From positions 1 through 53,255 of the forward strand of contig JBCBJQ010000031.1 of assembly GCA_038523235.1 (NCBI GenBank): DNA of 53,255 nucleotides. The letters run 5' to 3'. Source of the stretch: Cyanobacteria bacterium J06626_4. GTDB taxonomy: Bacteria; Cyanobacteriota; Cyanobacteriia; Phormidesmidales; Phormidesmidaceae. The notes under the pieces were generated by a model. That model saw nothing but the letters and a program-made list of their open reading frames with translations. It had not been told where the DNA came from and did no database searches. How positions within the stretch are numbered: the stretch's first letter is position 1; every line of letters begins with the position of its first letter. Position numbers and translations under genes: made by a program. This document shows positions 19,801 to 30,500 of the stretch, piece by piece.

Positions 19801-22493
19801 GCGTGCTCGATAGCGAGTCCCTGACCTACTCATTCCCCGAACTCGCAGCTGAACCGACCCCCGAGCCCACGCCGGATCCCAGTGGGTCAGTGGTGCCCAC
19901 CGATCAATTTGATCAAGAAGTGCTGCAACTCGTGAATCTAGAAAGGACGCAACGGGGACTAGAGCCGCTGACACTGAGCGAAAAACTCGACGAAGCCGCC
20001 GATTTGCATTCCCAAGACATGATCGACCAAGACTACTTTTCTCATAGCGGGCTGGATGGCTCCAGCGCTGGCGATCGCATTGAAGATGCTGGATATACCG
20101 AGTGGAGACGTTGGGGCGAAAATATTGCCGGGAATCAGCGCACAGCCGCCGAAGTCGTCGAAGGCTGGATGAACAGCGACAGTCACCGCGCAAACATATT
20201 GAATAGCGGATTTACCCACATGGGTTTGGGATACGCCTTTGACGATGAAGGTCAAAGAACTACCCGCTGGACCCAAGTCTTTGCGGCGGGAGATCCCAAC
20301 CCAGGGCAATATGTCGCCGAAACGACTGCAGCAAACCCAGCACCTGATCCTGACCCCACGCCCGATCCAGACCCAACACCCGATCCGGACCCGATTCCCA
20401 ATCCAGACCCAACACCGGATCCAGACCCGGATCCCGATCCTGATCCGACTCCCGATCCAGACCCAATACCGGATCCAGACCCTGATCCAACACCGGATCC
20501 AGACCCGGATCCCGATCCTGATCCGACTCCCGATCCAGACCCTGATCCAGACCCCACGCCGGATCCTGATCCGACTCCCGATCCAACCGGAGAGTTGATC
20601 ACGTTTGCCCTGGTGGATGCTGACACCAACACCGTGGTCGAAGGCTACGAAAACTTAGCCAGCGGCGACACCATTGATCTCAAAGACTTCGACCTCAACA
20701 AATACAGCATCAAAGCGATGGTCACTTCTGATCACCCCGATGCGGGCGCGGTTGAAAGCGTCAAATTTGAGACTGCCACCGGGCAACAGGTCGAAAATTT
20801 TGAGCCCTATGCCTTATTTGGTGACAATAAGGGCAACTACAAAGGCCAAGCCCTCGAAACCGGCCTCCAAAAGCTCACCGCAACGGTTTACAGCGCTAAT
20901 GGTGCCAAAGGTGAGCCGCTGGCAACCGTTGACCTCAGCTATCTGGTCATTGACAGTACGCCGGATGCGGGCGGCCCCGACGGTAGCCCCGACGACTCAG
21001 ATGACAAGACTTTCGACGATATCATGGCACCTTTAGACCCACCCCAGGAGCCCGTCGAAGGTATTACGGTCGCAGTCAACGACAGCACGATTGAGGAAAT
21101 TGACGGCACCGCCGCCGATGACACCCTGAGCATTCGCACCTACACAGACACCAGCACCCTAACCGAGGCGGGCGAGGGCAGTGATGCTGTCATCCTCTAC
21201 GGCTCGGAAGAGATTCCCGAAGGCAACTACCACGAAATGCTGGATGACCTGAAGGCGAATCCGATTGAAACGGCGACCCAATACTTTGGCGCCACCCATA
21301 GCGTTGATTTGGGGGATGACGATAGTGCTGACAGTCTGGCGCTAATTAGCGAGCTAGGCGCGCAGCCGCAGTTCATGCTGAAGCATACCAAGGGTGATGG
21401 CCGCATTAATGGTAAAGGCGTGGCCGGTGAAAACGGCGCGGCCTACGACCACTGGGCCGGTGTCTTTGGCTTTATCGACATCGATAACTTTGACCCCAGC
21501 CAAGACACGCTCAAGCTGGCCGGTCATACCACCCGACTCGGCGAAAGCTTTACCAAAGATGGTGATTTCTACCAAACCGTCTACTCTGAGCAAAACGCCA
21601 ATGACCAGAGTGGCCCTCGCGCGGGCGCGGCTCACGATGACACCTTCCTGGGTCTGCTGCGCTTTGAAGGAGGTGCCGATCAGGCGGAGGCGATCGCTGA
21701 TGCCATTACTGTCGATGGCATGCGCAACTTCGTCATCAAGGGCTTGGGCCAAGACATCGTTGAGAATGACCCAACCGCTAACCAAGTGGGTGACACCATC
21801 ACCGACGAGGATATGTTCGAATTCGTCCTGGTGAACTCCGAAACGGACGCCATCATCCAGGAATTGGAGAATGGCGCGGAGATCGACCTCAATGGTCTGG
21901 ATTTGGACAAGTTCAGCGTGGGGGCACGAGTCAATCCTGATCATTTCTATGCGGGAGAAGTGGAAAGCGTTAAGTTCGAGTCCAACGTGGGCGATCGCAT
22001 TGAAAATGTTGACCCCTACACGCTGTTTAGCAACCAAAAGGAAGACTATCGAGGCCAAGCGCCGGAACTGGGAGACGTTAGCATCACCGCGACGGCTTAC
22101 AGCAAAGATGGCGGCCAGGGTCAGGAGATCGCCTCTACCAGCCTCGACTACGCCTTTGTTGATAGTGCAGAAGCGGCATCTTCAGGCCCCGAGAGTACGG
22201 TCGATGCACTGACGGGCATGTCGCCTTCAGAGCCGCTGACCGGTGACCTCACGGCTCCTGATGCGCTCACGAATGTGGCTTCGACTACCGACGAACTCTC
22301 GATCGCTCCCGAGTTGATGCTCGACGATCCGTTCGAAATGTTGGCGGTCAATGCGACCGATGCGGTGGCTGCAGACGCGGCGATCGGCACCGGCGAAACC
22401 GACAGCGATCCGGCAGACCTCGATCCATTTGGGGATGCCTTACCCATCGGTACTCAGCCCGCCTTGATGGAGCCAGCATATATGCCTGGTTAA
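16854..22493 (+). CDS. Large acidic multidomain protein: DUF5060-like Ig + glycoside-hydrolase-like barrel + collagen-binding-like domain, three repeated beta domains, CAP/SCP domain, Pro-Asp linkers
   Basis: N-terminal YRLDVTFT...VPGFFAADG...WRVNF; QWNLGEEN and WDE acidic motifs; YWYDPRTGG; CAP motifs LVNLER, HSQDM, GENIA, GWMNSDSHRANILN; (PD/PT)n linkers. Confidence 0.8.
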   Translation: MLNNAASSSPVVAGELKTWHKISVDFTSPEAFAETKSTFRDYRLDVTFTNATTGEVITVPGFFAADGDAADTGATSGNVWRVNFNPPSAGDWTYEASFRTGTDIAASTDPNAGQAVDFIDGEGGTIAISPTDKTGEDFRAKGMLLQGEDSHYLQYQGDGDYFIRGGPGVPENFLANQDIDNTAKGRHDYSTHADSYNAGDPDWGNDEGHNLIGAVNYLAEQGQNTIYLLTNTAGGDGQDVWPWASEAFGDVKKNKGSIADAANSTSGLTVDDFSVFDVSKLAQWEIIFDHMDDQGIYKNVLLQETENDQLLNGGTPVAGSSLSAERLIYMREMIARFGHANGLQWNLGEENTNTDQQRVDMAEFVKAVDGYDHLTVVHTFPGDIDKVYQPLLGVEAFDGPSFQTGGNNIRNKTRQYLEESAEAGDPWVVAWDEDSSNRGIFKPYGNNPDEANEVLQRQALWGSLTVGGSGVNWYIKNSNGHSFDQNVDTFDAFESVWEWTAAATEFFNNHIPFWEMSEADGVTPENSDYVMAKAGEYYVAYRPYGEATNVEIDLSGQAGETFDVYWYDPRTGGDLIAAGQVEGGAVRPVDDAPQDTDKDWVLFVRNSELSDGGSPDPIPDPVPDPDPTPDPDPDPDPVPDPDPMPDPSEQVFLAEDGQVVIEAESATPEGDWEAVNVDGEQALLWDAAKSSYGKVPDGQKLSYTFETDEGGNYSIALHSGRVKAVMNDSDRYENGSSGKERTDTGNDAYVAIVNAETGEVVKSPTKLFTNLGGADGDLRWGKTFDANHKKSPAQVQLDANTQYRLEISGRSDGYVLDRITLSNDGFLEDSDRSESPLKGSTPDPDPTPDPDPTPDPDPTPDPDPTPDPDPTPDPDPTPNEVFEGFALVNAATDEVVEEFSDVNAIDFGQVDFTQYAIKAIVKPEFKNAVQSVVFETVDGKQVENVEPYATFGDINGDFEGISVSPGTFELKATAFSGKNGTGSVLDSESLTYSFPELAAEPTPEPTPDPSGSVVPTDQFDQEVLQLVNLERTQRGLEPLTLSEKLDEAADLHSQDMIDQDYFSHSGLDGSSAGDRIEDAGYTEWRRWGENIAGNQRTAAEVVEGWMNSDSHRANILNSGFTHMGLGYAFDDEGQRTTRWTQVFAAGDPNPGQYVAETTAANPAPDPDPTPDPDPTPDPDPIPNPDPTPDPDPDPDPDPTPDPDPIPDPDPDPTPDPDPDPDPDPTPDPDPDPDPTPDPDPTPDPTGELITFALVDADTNTVVEGYENLASGDTIDLKDFDLNKYSIKAMVTSDHPDAGAVESVKFETATGQQVENFEPYALFGDNKGNYKGQALETGLQKLTATVYSANGAKGEPLATVDLSYLVIDSTPDAGGPDGSPDDSDDKTFDDIMAPLDPPQEPVEGITVAVNDSTIEEIDGTAADDTLSIRTYTDTSTLTEAGEGSDAVILYGSEEIPEGNYHEMLDDLKANPIETATQYFGATHSVDLGDDDSADSLALISELGAQPQFMLKHTKGDGRINGKGVAGENGAAYDHWAGVFGFIDIDNFDPSQDTLKLAGHTTRLGESFTKDGDFYQTVYSEQNANDQSGPRAGAAHDDTFLGLLRFEGGADQAEAIADAITVDGMRNFVIKGLGQDIVENDPTANQVGDTITDEDMFEFVLVNSETDAIIQELENGAEIDLNGLDLDKFSVGARVNPDHFYAGEVESVKFESNVGDRIENVDPYTLFSNQKEDYRGQAPELGDVSITATAYSKDGGQGQEIASTSLDYAFVDSAEAASSGPESTVDALTGMSPSEPLTGDLTAPDALTNVASTTDELSIAPELMLDDPFEMLAVNATDAVAADAAIGTGETDSDPADLDPFGDALPIGTQPALMEPAYMPG
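18697..18794 (+). repeat. Pro-Asp/Pro-Thr coding linker repeat 1
   Basis: Encodes PDPIPDPVPDPDPTPDPDPDPDPVPDPDPMPDP; boundaries approximate. Confidence 0.85.
19374..19487 (+). repeat. Six 18-nt tandem units encoding (TPDPDP)6
   Basis: ACACCCGATCCTGACCCG and synonymous variants in tandem. Confidence 0.92.
20343..20588 (+). repeat. Long Pro-Asp/Pro-Thr coding linker repeat 3
   Basis: About 80 codons of PDPDPTPDP... with recurring CCGGATCCAGACCC / CCCGATCCTGAT units. Confidence 0.9.
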
Positions 22494-22503
22494 GCAGCTG
22501 CAT

Positions 22504-22550
22504 GCCCGCTAGCCGCCAGTTGCTCCCGACTGGCCTAGCTGGCGGGCTTT
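22504..22550 (+). terminator. Putative intrinsic terminator of the 1879-aa gene
   Basis: GCCCGCTAGC (22504-22513) pairs with GCTGGCGGGC (22538-22547) with one G-U pair, followed by TTT; starts 11 nt after the stop. Confidence 0.5.
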
Positions 22551-22669
22551 ACCGACTTCGCACACACAATCCAGATAGGGTGAGCAACTGCTCTCTCTTT
22601 AGTCACTCAGAGCTGAGTTCTAGAGAGGGTTGGGATACGAACCCAAGATGCGTTTAAGGGAATGTTCTG

Positions 22670-22703
22670 ATGGCCAGCCCACCGATATGGGGCTGGCCAT
22701 TTT
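22670..22703. terminator. 11-bp hairpin between convergent genes, possible terminator
   Basis: ATGGCCAGCCC (22670-22680) / GGGCTGGCCAT (22690-22700) followed by TTT. Confidence 0.5.
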
Positions 22704-22837
22704 GCTGAGGACACCTAAGCGCTGTCTGACTGAGGGCAATGCCGACGCCCTGAATTCAATCGCGACGGCATCCGCTCAAAGGCAGAGATGTTTCAGTCCC
22801 AATCAGATTCAGCCCTTGATAGCAATGCGAGAATAGG

Positions 22838-24232
22838 CTAGCCGTGTTGCCCAGTCTCAAAAGGCAAGGTAAACCAAAACGTGGTGCCCTGGTGGTGGTG
22901 GCTATCGACGCCAATTTGACCGCCGTGAGCTTCGATAATTTGCTGACAGATGTATAGACCGAGCCCCAGGTGCAGTGGTTGTCGGCGGTTTACCCCACGA
23001 CTGTAGCGTTCAAAAACTCGGTGCTGCTGTGACCAGTCGGCGGTTTCATCCCTTGTCAGGTAATCGATGCCCTGACCGTTATCGCTGACGGTGCAATATA
23101 AGTCGCCCTCTTGAATGCAAGCATTGAGCGTCACGCAGACACCTGGACGATTGTATTGCAGTGCATTGTTCAGCAGATTGTCGTAAACCCGCTGCAGCTG
23201 AGTGGGGTCAGCCACGAGGGGAGGGAGGTCAGCAGGCACGAGAACAGTAATTTGGCCCTGTACCGACTGGAGCAACGGTTGAAACTCTAGAACAATCGCG
23301 TCAACGAGCGATCGCAACCGCACCGCCTGCGGATGTAGTAAGACGCCTTTGACATCTTGCGTATGGGCTTCCAGTAGAGAATTAATCAGTTTTAGCTGTC
23401 GCTCTTGACCGGCCATCATTTGAGCTATCGTCGCCTCATTGAGCCAGGCTTTACCCGCATGGATGGGCAGATTTTGGAGCAGCATCAGGGTGCCGGTAAC
23501 AGGATTTCTCAAATCATGGGAAACAGCATGGAGGAAAAGCTGCAGCTGTTGCCGCAGCTCAAACTCACGCATCAGTAAGCGTTCATACAGCCAGATGCCC
23601 AGGTCCGCCACGCCAAATACACAGAGCATCACGGTCAAAAAAAAGATCGAGAGAGGCTGCTGCATCTCAACCGGAATATCGGGAAAGTCCAACCGAAATA
23701 GCCATACTGATGCCCCCACGACGAGTAGCAGACTGGCCTGCGACTTGAAATGCCATCGCCACCGCACCGGAATGAGAACGGCCTGCAACATGAAAAACAA
23801 AATCCAGCCGCCCAAATCCAACACCGTTTGACCCATCAGCATGTACAGAATTTGGGGGCCCAACAGCACAGCGGCCGAATAGCCCAGAAAATGCCACTGC
23901 AGCTTTGCGATCGAGGCCGCGCGACGGAGCAGGAGCAAATTGAGCAAGAGTCCTAACTGTTGCGCCGTAAAAAAGTAAGGATAGAGCCGATACTGTTCGA
24001 CACTGAGTCCTAATTGCTCATTCGTGCTGCTGGTAAGTGCCGGCAACACCACGACGAAGTTGACAACCCCCAGAATGATCAACAGCACCATCGAAATCAA
24101 TACCGTTAACCGGATGCGATCGCGAATAAACTGCTGTTGCCAGCGGTGAAATTCCTTTGATGGGGTGGGGGCATTGCCCAGTTGGGCAAACTGCCGTCGC
24201 AGGTGACGCAGCGATTGAGAGATGATTAGCAT
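22838..24232 (-). CDS. Membrane-bound sensor histidine kinase
   Basis: About six hydrophobic helices; VSHDLRNP, NLLNNALQY, DNGQGI, LGLGL, HGGQIGV. Confidence 0.92.
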   Translation of the reverse strand: MLIISQSLRHLRRQFAQLGNAPTPSKEFHRWQQQFIRDRIRLTVLISMVLLIILGVVNFVVVLPALTSSTNEQLGLSVEQYRLYPYFFTAQQLGLLLNLLLLRRAASIAKLQWHFLGYSAAVLLGPQILYMLMGQTVLDLGGWILFFMLQAVLIPVRWRWHFKSQASLLLVVGASVWLFRLDFPDIPVEMQQPLSIFFLTVMLCVFGVADLGIWLYERLLMREFELRQQLQLFLHAVSHDLRNPVTGTLMLLQNLPIHAGKAWLNEATIAQMMAGQERQLKLINSLLEAHTQDVKGVLLHPQAVRLRSLVDAIVLEFQPLLQSVQGQITVLVPADLPPLVADPTQLQRVYDNLLNNALQYNRPGVCVTLNACIQEGDLYCTVSDNGQGIDYLTRDETADWSQQHRVFERYSRGVNRRQPLHLGLGLYICQQIIEAHGGQIGVDSHHHQGTTFWFTLPFETGQHG

Positions 24233-24398
24233 AGCTGTCGAGTGCTCACGATTCGCCCAGGGGTCGGCCTGTGTGGTTCTATAGTGCAGCTTTTTGACGG
24301 TGAGTACTCCCTGCAGTTAGGCGATCCAGTTGGGTCAATCAGGCGACGAGAATGGCGGGCGAGGAGACTAGAATGAAAGCCTCTCTACTGAACTGGTT

Positions 24399-25061
24399 AT
24401 GACTGTTCTTGCCGCTACTGCGCTGACGCTGCTGATTGTTGATGATGATCCGATGATGCGGTTGGGCCTCACCACCGCACTGGCCCATCAGGATGACTTC
24501 ACCATTGTGGGAGAAGCCGCTGACGGTGAACAAGGCATTCAGCAGGCTCAAGCCCTGCAACCGGCGGTAGTGCTAATGGATGTCGGCATGCCGGGGACGG
24601 ATGGGATTGAGGCGACGCAGATCATTAAGCAGCGATCGCCGGACATGCGCGTGGTGATGTTGACCTCTCATACTCATGAAACCGAGGTGATTGCCGCGTT
24701 ATCCAGCGGGGCCGATGCCTACTGCATCAAGGGCACTGATGTCGCGGCGCTGGCGAATGCAATTCGCGTGGCGGCTTCCGGCGCGGCCTATCTTGATCCG
24801 CAAATTGCGCAAACGGTAGTACAGCATCTCGCCCCGATACGCCCCAAGACATCGCCGGAAACGGTGGGATTGCTCAGCGATCGCGAATTGGAAGTACTAG
24901 AGCTCATCGTCGAGGGCCATAGCAACACCGCCATTGGCGAAAAGCTTTACCTCAGCCCCAACACGGTTAAAACCTATGTAAAAGGCATTATGAACAAGCT
25001 GGTGGTGAACGATCGGGTGCAGGCGGCTGTCGCTGCCGTGCGCCGAGGATTGGTAGAGTAG
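24399..25061 (+). CDS. NarL/FixJ-family response regulator
   Basis: LIVDDD, VLMDVGMP, LSDRELEVL...LYLSPNTVKTY LuxR-type HTH; divergent from the kinase. Confidence 0.93.
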   Translation: MTVLAATALTLLIVDDDPMMRLGLTTALAHQDDFTIVGEAADGEQGIQQAQALQPAVVLMDVGMPGTDGIEATQIIKQRSPDMRVVMLTSHTHETEVIAALSSGADAYCIKGTDVAALANAIRVAASGAAYLDPQIAQTVVQHLAPIRPKTSPETVGLLSDRELEVLELIVEGHSNTAIGEKLYLSPNTVKTYVKGIMNKLVVNDRVQAAVAAVRRGLVE

Positions 25062-25235
25062 CTTGTCCGAAAAGGAGTTTTTACTCTCGATTATTCAACA
25101 GACAATCATCTAGGAAATAGGAGCTTTTGCCAATTTATGGCAGTGGGAATCTCGATGCCGTCTGCCAATGCCGTGAACATTAGCTCAGGTAAAATCAAGC
25201 AGCAATTGATGATGGTGCAGCGGGGATCAACGACG

Positions 25236-25850
25236 ATGAAACTATTTGGACACCCTGATTCGGGCCATGCTTATAAAGTCAAGCTCTGCTTGGCGATCGC
25301 CGGCATTTCCCACGACTACGAAGAAATCGATATTTTTTCAGCACGAGATAATCGATCGCCCGAATTCAAGCAACATTCTCGATTTCACGAGGTGCCGCTA
25401 CTCATTGATGAGGGGAAAGCCTACGTGCAATCCAATGCGATTTTGATTCACATCGCGACGAAGTATCAGCTTTTAGGCGCGGAAAGTGATCAGACCTTTG
25501 CCCGTTGTCTCGAATGGCTTTTTTGGGAAGCCAATAAAATTGGGTTATGCCTGCCTCAATTAAGAGCCTCGAACAAGTTTGAAGAATTTAGGCTCAGTGA
25601 AGGGGCTCAACAGTGGCTCAGCGCCAGATATCGGCATGATGTGCAAATCTTGGCGGCTGAACTGTCAGATCACCGTAAGTTCATCGTGGGTGAAAATCCG
25701 ACGATCGCGGATTGTTCACTGTGCGGATATCTGTATTTTGCCGATGAAGCAAAGGTTGAAGTGCCTCCATTAGTTCGGGACTGGCTAGCCAGGATGGCCG
25801 GGCTGAAGGGGTGGGCGCATCCGTATGAGCTATTGCGTATTAACCGCTGA
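25236..25850 (+). CDS. Glutathione S-transferase family protein
   Basis: MKLFGHPDSGHAYKV (ATG 25236), EVPLL, QSNAIL, PTIADCSL. Confidence 0.9.
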   Translation: MKLFGHPDSGHAYKVKLCLAIAGISHDYEEIDIFSARDNRSPEFKQHSRFHEVPLLIDEGKAYVQSNAILIHIATKYQLLGAESDQTFARCLEWLFWEANKIGLCLPQLRASNKFEEFRLSEGAQQWLSARYRHDVQILAAELSDHRKFIVGENPTIADCSLCGYLYFADEAKVEVPPLVRDWLARMAGLKGWAHPYELLRINR

Positions 25851-25870
25851 ACTAGGTTCCGCATCATGTT

Positions 25871-26629
25871 ATGAAGATTGACTTTGTCCCTTTACTGCAG
25901 CTTCAGCGCGATCTCTACGATCTGCCGCCAGGGCAGGCGCGCTTTCAAGCTTATCTCGACACTCTGCTCAACGCGGATGGTTCGGATGCTGAGCTGTTGC
26001 CCATGTCCGCCATGAATCCCATGGGCAAAGCTCATGTCTCCGCCATGCTAGATGCCCTGATTGCGATAGATGCGGAGGCGATCGCAGAAGCCGCGATCGC
26101 AGCGACTTTAAATCAGTTTGATGACGTCGCCAGCACCTGCCAACTCGGATTGGTCGTTGTGGACGATCGCATGGGCGGGTGGACAAATCGTTATACCAGC
26201 GAATTTAGCAGCCGCTTTGCGCTACAAACCTATCTGCAGCGAGGATGGTTGGCTGTGACGCTATGGACGAGTGAAGTGCCCTCAGCCCTAAAAGTGCGGG
26301 AAGAAACCTTAATCACGGTGTATCGGGCGGCCTACATTCAGCGGCATGGCTTTGCCCAAACCTTGCAAGCAATGCTGGATCAAGCAGGATACGCCATGGC
26401 CATGGCCGGATGCCAACACCCCACGCTGGATGCAGATGATATGACTTATACCCATCAGGTCATCTCGCCTCATCTGTTGACTCAAGATGATGCGACGATT
26501 ATGCCTTGCTTGTTTGGCGACCCAGCCGCGCATGCCCTGGGATATCAACCGCAAGGTTTGAGTGACCGGGCAGGGTTTGCTTGGGCGCTGCATCAAGCTC
26601 GGCATCACTATCCGATGGGGGCGAACTGA
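25871..26629 (+). CDS. Conserved hypothetical protein
   Basis: 252-aa ORF directly after the GST; protein-like motifs MNPMGK, GGWTNRY, LFGD..A..LGY; no family recognised. Confidence 0.75.
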   Translation: MKIDFVPLLQLQRDLYDLPPGQARFQAYLDTLLNADGSDAELLPMSAMNPMGKAHVSAMLDALIAIDAEAIAEAAIAATLNQFDDVASTCQLGLVVVDDRMGGWTNRYTSEFSSRFALQTYLQRGWLAVTLWTSEVPSALKVREETLITVYRAAYIQRHGFAQTLQAMLDQAGYAMAMAGCQHPTLDADDMTYTHQVISPHLLTQDDATIMPCLFGDPAAHALGYQPQGLSDRAGFAWALHQARHHYPMGAN

Positions 26630-27083
26630 CAAGTCACTCGGCATTGTTGTGCAAGATACTGAACAGTAGACGACGTTGATGAATATGGTCTTAGGTCCAG
26701 TCAAAGAGTTCTGCGATCGCCGCCGCTACCCAGAACCCAGTAATCCGAGTCAGACCCAACCATGAGGCAAATGAGGGTGGCACAATCAGTAACCTTGGGA
26801 TATGCTCACAGGCTTTATGGTGCCAGTGCCCTGATGACCATGAGTATTCTTCCCTTTAAAAGGTTAATCGTCAAAATTGCTGGATAACACCCCGAAATAA
26901 TGGCGTTAGACAATGAAGCTGCTGTCTAACGCCTGGAGAGCTGGGTATTAACCAGCCGATCTGCAGTGTAGCTTCGGTCACGTGGAGAATTAACCAGCAG
27001 ATCTGACGTTGAATATATAATTATTCCGCAAGACAAAGACACTGAAAGTAGTAAGAAAAGTGCTACTGACTCAGGCAGGAAAC

Positions 27084-27494
27084 ATGAACATTAAGAAACA
27101 TTTCGAGTTGCTTGCATACAGCTTCATTACGTGGCTTATTTTCTACATAATTGGCCTCCCTGACTATTATCAGCAATGGTATTTTTGGGCGAAAATTGCG
27201 ATTTGCGTCTTCGTCACACTCATCTATTTTCCGATTACGCAATATACCCTAGAAAAGTACTGGATTGACAGCAAGCATTTGGTCAACTCGTGTTGGCTGG
27301 CTCTATATCTAACGCTGCCGCTTTTTGTATATGACTACCTGCTGCTGGCTGTCTACAAGGGGCTTGGAATCGGATTTGTTGCTTCATACTGGTATTTGAC
27401 ATTCTTCTACTTCTCTTTCTGGATGCAATTTCCCCTTGTTGGTTGGTGGATGCAACGCACCAGAATGCCGAGTGTGGAAGCAAGCACGGAATAA
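27084..27494 (+). CDS. Small hypothetical membrane protein (about 4 TM), AT-rich
   Basis: AGGA then ATG 27084; aromatic-rich hydrophobic helices (GLPDYYQQW, YWYLTFFY). Confidence 0.7.
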   Translation: MNIKKHFELLAYSFITWLIFYIIGLPDYYQQWYFWAKIAICVFVTLIYFPITQYTLEKYWIDSKHLVNSCWLALYLTLPLFVYDYLLLAVYKGLGIGFVASYWYLTFFYFSFWMQFPLVGWWMQRTRMPSVEASTE

Positions 27495-27574
27495 CAAAGC
27501 AATGTACCGGAGTCGCGAGCGTTGCGTTCTCTGAATTCGCAAACTTCTTGGCCACAACACGGTGATTGCAGCCG

Positions 27575-30500
27575 TTAAGCATACAAAGAAACGTCTTTTT
27601 CTTCTTCAGCTTCAACGTCATCGCGCATCGGTTCAGTCGCTTCAGATAACCACTCGTAAAAGGCGGCTAAGAGGTCGCTGCTGTCTTGGTCTTCGGTGTC
27701 ATCATCTACGGCGTCATCATCATCGTCCTCGACTTCAAAATCCTCTTCCTCTTCAGCATCATCAAGGAAAAAAGCTTCGACGGCGTCTTGGTGGTCTTGA
27801 GTCCAGTCAAAGAGTTCCGCGATCGCATCAGCGCGCCGGTCTTCCTCTTCTTCACGGGCCGCAGTGGCGACATCGGTGGCGGCTTGCACATTGGCCAGTT
27901 CGGCAAACAGCCGCTCTAGCTCTGCAGAATTGTAGATTTGGGCTTTGTCCAAATCGTCTTGAGTATTGGCCGTATCTTGCTTCAAGGCTTCCGCTTCGCC
28001 AATTTTCTTTTCGTTGTCTTTGATATTGCTCGCAGCTTCTTGTTCACCTTTGACCGCACCTTGCCCAGACTGTTCGGCTGACTTCGGCCCTTGATCAGCA
28101 TCTTGCTGGGCCGAGGGTCCGGCTTGGGTGGCCGCTGCATCTGCGCCCTGCGATTCCCCCATTTTGCCGCCCGACTTGATCATGCCTTGCTGACCTTTTA
28201 AGTCAGACCCCATGTCATTCATTGGCCCCGCACCAGCGGCGCTTTCCTCACCAGCGGGGGCACCCTGTTCAATGGCTGCCTCATTCAGTTGGTTGTGGGC
28301 GCCAAAGACATCTTCGGCTCCTTGCACACTGGCCTGGTTAGACGCTAGCCCCGTTTGGTAACCGTGCATGCGCTCGGCTTGCACCTGACGACTGGCAATG
28401 ATATCCATCAGCTCAATTTCCCGAATGGCGAGGTACCCTTCGCCCATTGCTAGGTAAGCTGTGTTGGCCGCCGCATCCGAGACCTCAAACGGCGCATCTT
28501 CAGGGATTTCTGGCAAATCGGCATCCGTCTCCGAGTCGTCGGCCTCGTCCTGGGCGTCTTCGAGATCTTCTTGCCGTTCTTCGAGCTGGGCCATCATGGC
28601 CGAGTCTTCTCTAGCTTGAGCCATCGACCCACCGTCGTAGGAGTCCATGGTGTCGCTGTCATTGAAATTATCGACACCGCCGGAAATCGCCCCTGGAGCG
28701 TCATCTAAGCCCCCCGCAACGGTTTCGGTCTTGAGCGACGCAATGCCTCCAAAGAACACGCCCCAATAGGCCGCCTTGCCAGCGGTAGAGATAGCGATGG
28801 AGCTGGTCGAAGTCGCCGCCGTATTAATAAACCCGCCCCCCGCTGTGGGATTCACCCCCCCATAGCTAAAGACCGCTAAGGCGGCTCGAGCGGCATCGAG
28901 ACCAAACGCCATCACCTGGCTTTGCACAGCATCCCAGGCATCGTCCCAATTACCCCCCTCATAAAAGACTGAAGCAATTCGTAGGCCAATGGACAGAGCG
29001 CGGAACAACATGCGCCAGAGAATGAACACCAGGACGATCTTGTCAATTTGAATGGCCGCATTCATGATGTTGGCGGCCCAGCTCAGCAGGGTCGCGACAG
29101 CAGTTGCCGTCCAAGGCAGGCCGATCGCTAAAATCCCGGCAGCAATCAGCAATACCAGACTCACCAGCGCCAGCGTCAGGCCGATTAAGTCCAAGATGTT
29201 GGTGATGACCTGGAGGATGGTGCAAAACCCTTCCAAGATGGCGGCGGCGACCCCAAAGCCATTGGTTTCATCCGCAACGCTGGCAAAGGTGTCATAAACG
29301 TCGTAAACGGCCCCGGCAGTTTGCCCCACCACCAAGGTTTGCGCCAGTTGGGTACCAAAATCATCGCCCTCAACTTTGGCCCAGTCGGGGTAAGGCTCGG
29401 TGTCATCGACCACCGTGCTTTCGACGAAGCCTGCGGATTCCTCCGTATCCCGCTGCACCAGCAGGCTATCGGCGGCCACTTCATTGAAGAAGCCTTCCTC
29501 CAGACCGGCATTCTCCAAGCTGCCCAGCAGGCTAAATTCCGTGAGAATTTCTAAGCTGTCGCTAAGGGAGCCAGCGCCGATCTCATCGATCTCGCCGACA
29601 TCTTGGCGATCGACGGCTTCGCCCACATCGGGCATCTCTACGGGTTCGGGTAAGCGGGTGGGGAGGGCCGGTTTGTTCGCTTCAGCCGCCGGATCAATGG
29701 CATCGAGGGCGTTCTCTTCACTGGCGACGGCATCATCGTGGCCTCCCAAGTCAGACCCATCGGCGGCACTTTCCGCATCGGCAGTACTAGTGCTGTCGGC
29801 GGTTTGTCCGTCAGTCTCATCTTCGTCCCACTCGGCTCGCTGCAGTTGCTGAGCCTGCACGGCCACGTGATCAATATCAGCATCTTCCGCATTCGCAGAG
29901 TCATCAATGCCGAGTTCGCCCAGTAAATCATTCGTGACCTCGGCTTCCTCGGCGTCGGTCGCGCCCTGGTCAAGATCGGTCTCCGCCTCAGCACCGCCCT
30001 CAATGGCCCCTTGCTGCATAGTGTGGACGGCTTCGTGGGCAACCAGTTCGCGGCCCGCGTCACTATCGGGGTCGTATTCCCCGGCGGCAAAAAAGATGTG
30101 GTTGCCCGTCGTGAAAGCCAGTGCCGCGAGTTGATCACACAGGTCGTGGGCTTCACTGTCATCGTGAATGACGATCGCGTCTGGATTGACCATACCCAAA
30201 CTACGACGCAGCCAGCTTTGGGTATCGTCCGGCAGCGATTCTCCACCGCTCGCCATCGCCGCTTGAATTTGCCCCTCAATGGAATTGGGAGCCGCACCTT
30301 CACTGCCCGCATCGAGATCACCGGCGAGGTCAGTGGGTTCTGGAACTTCAGTCTCGGCATCGGCTAGATCGCCTAACCCCCCTTCCGCGATCGCATCGGT
30401 ATCGACAGCCATCGTGTCGGTGAGGGCATCCGTCATGCCATCGGCAGACATCTCCTCACCGGTATCCAGTTCACTGGCCGGGTCGGCGATATCCGGAGCG

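Noticed and set aside
19232..20632. Minus-strand Gly-Ser repeat ORFs and CRISPR-like periodicity
   Set aside because: They are the antisense of the in-frame Pro-Asp/Pro-Thr linkers; the units are tandem without unique spacers and no cas genes are present.
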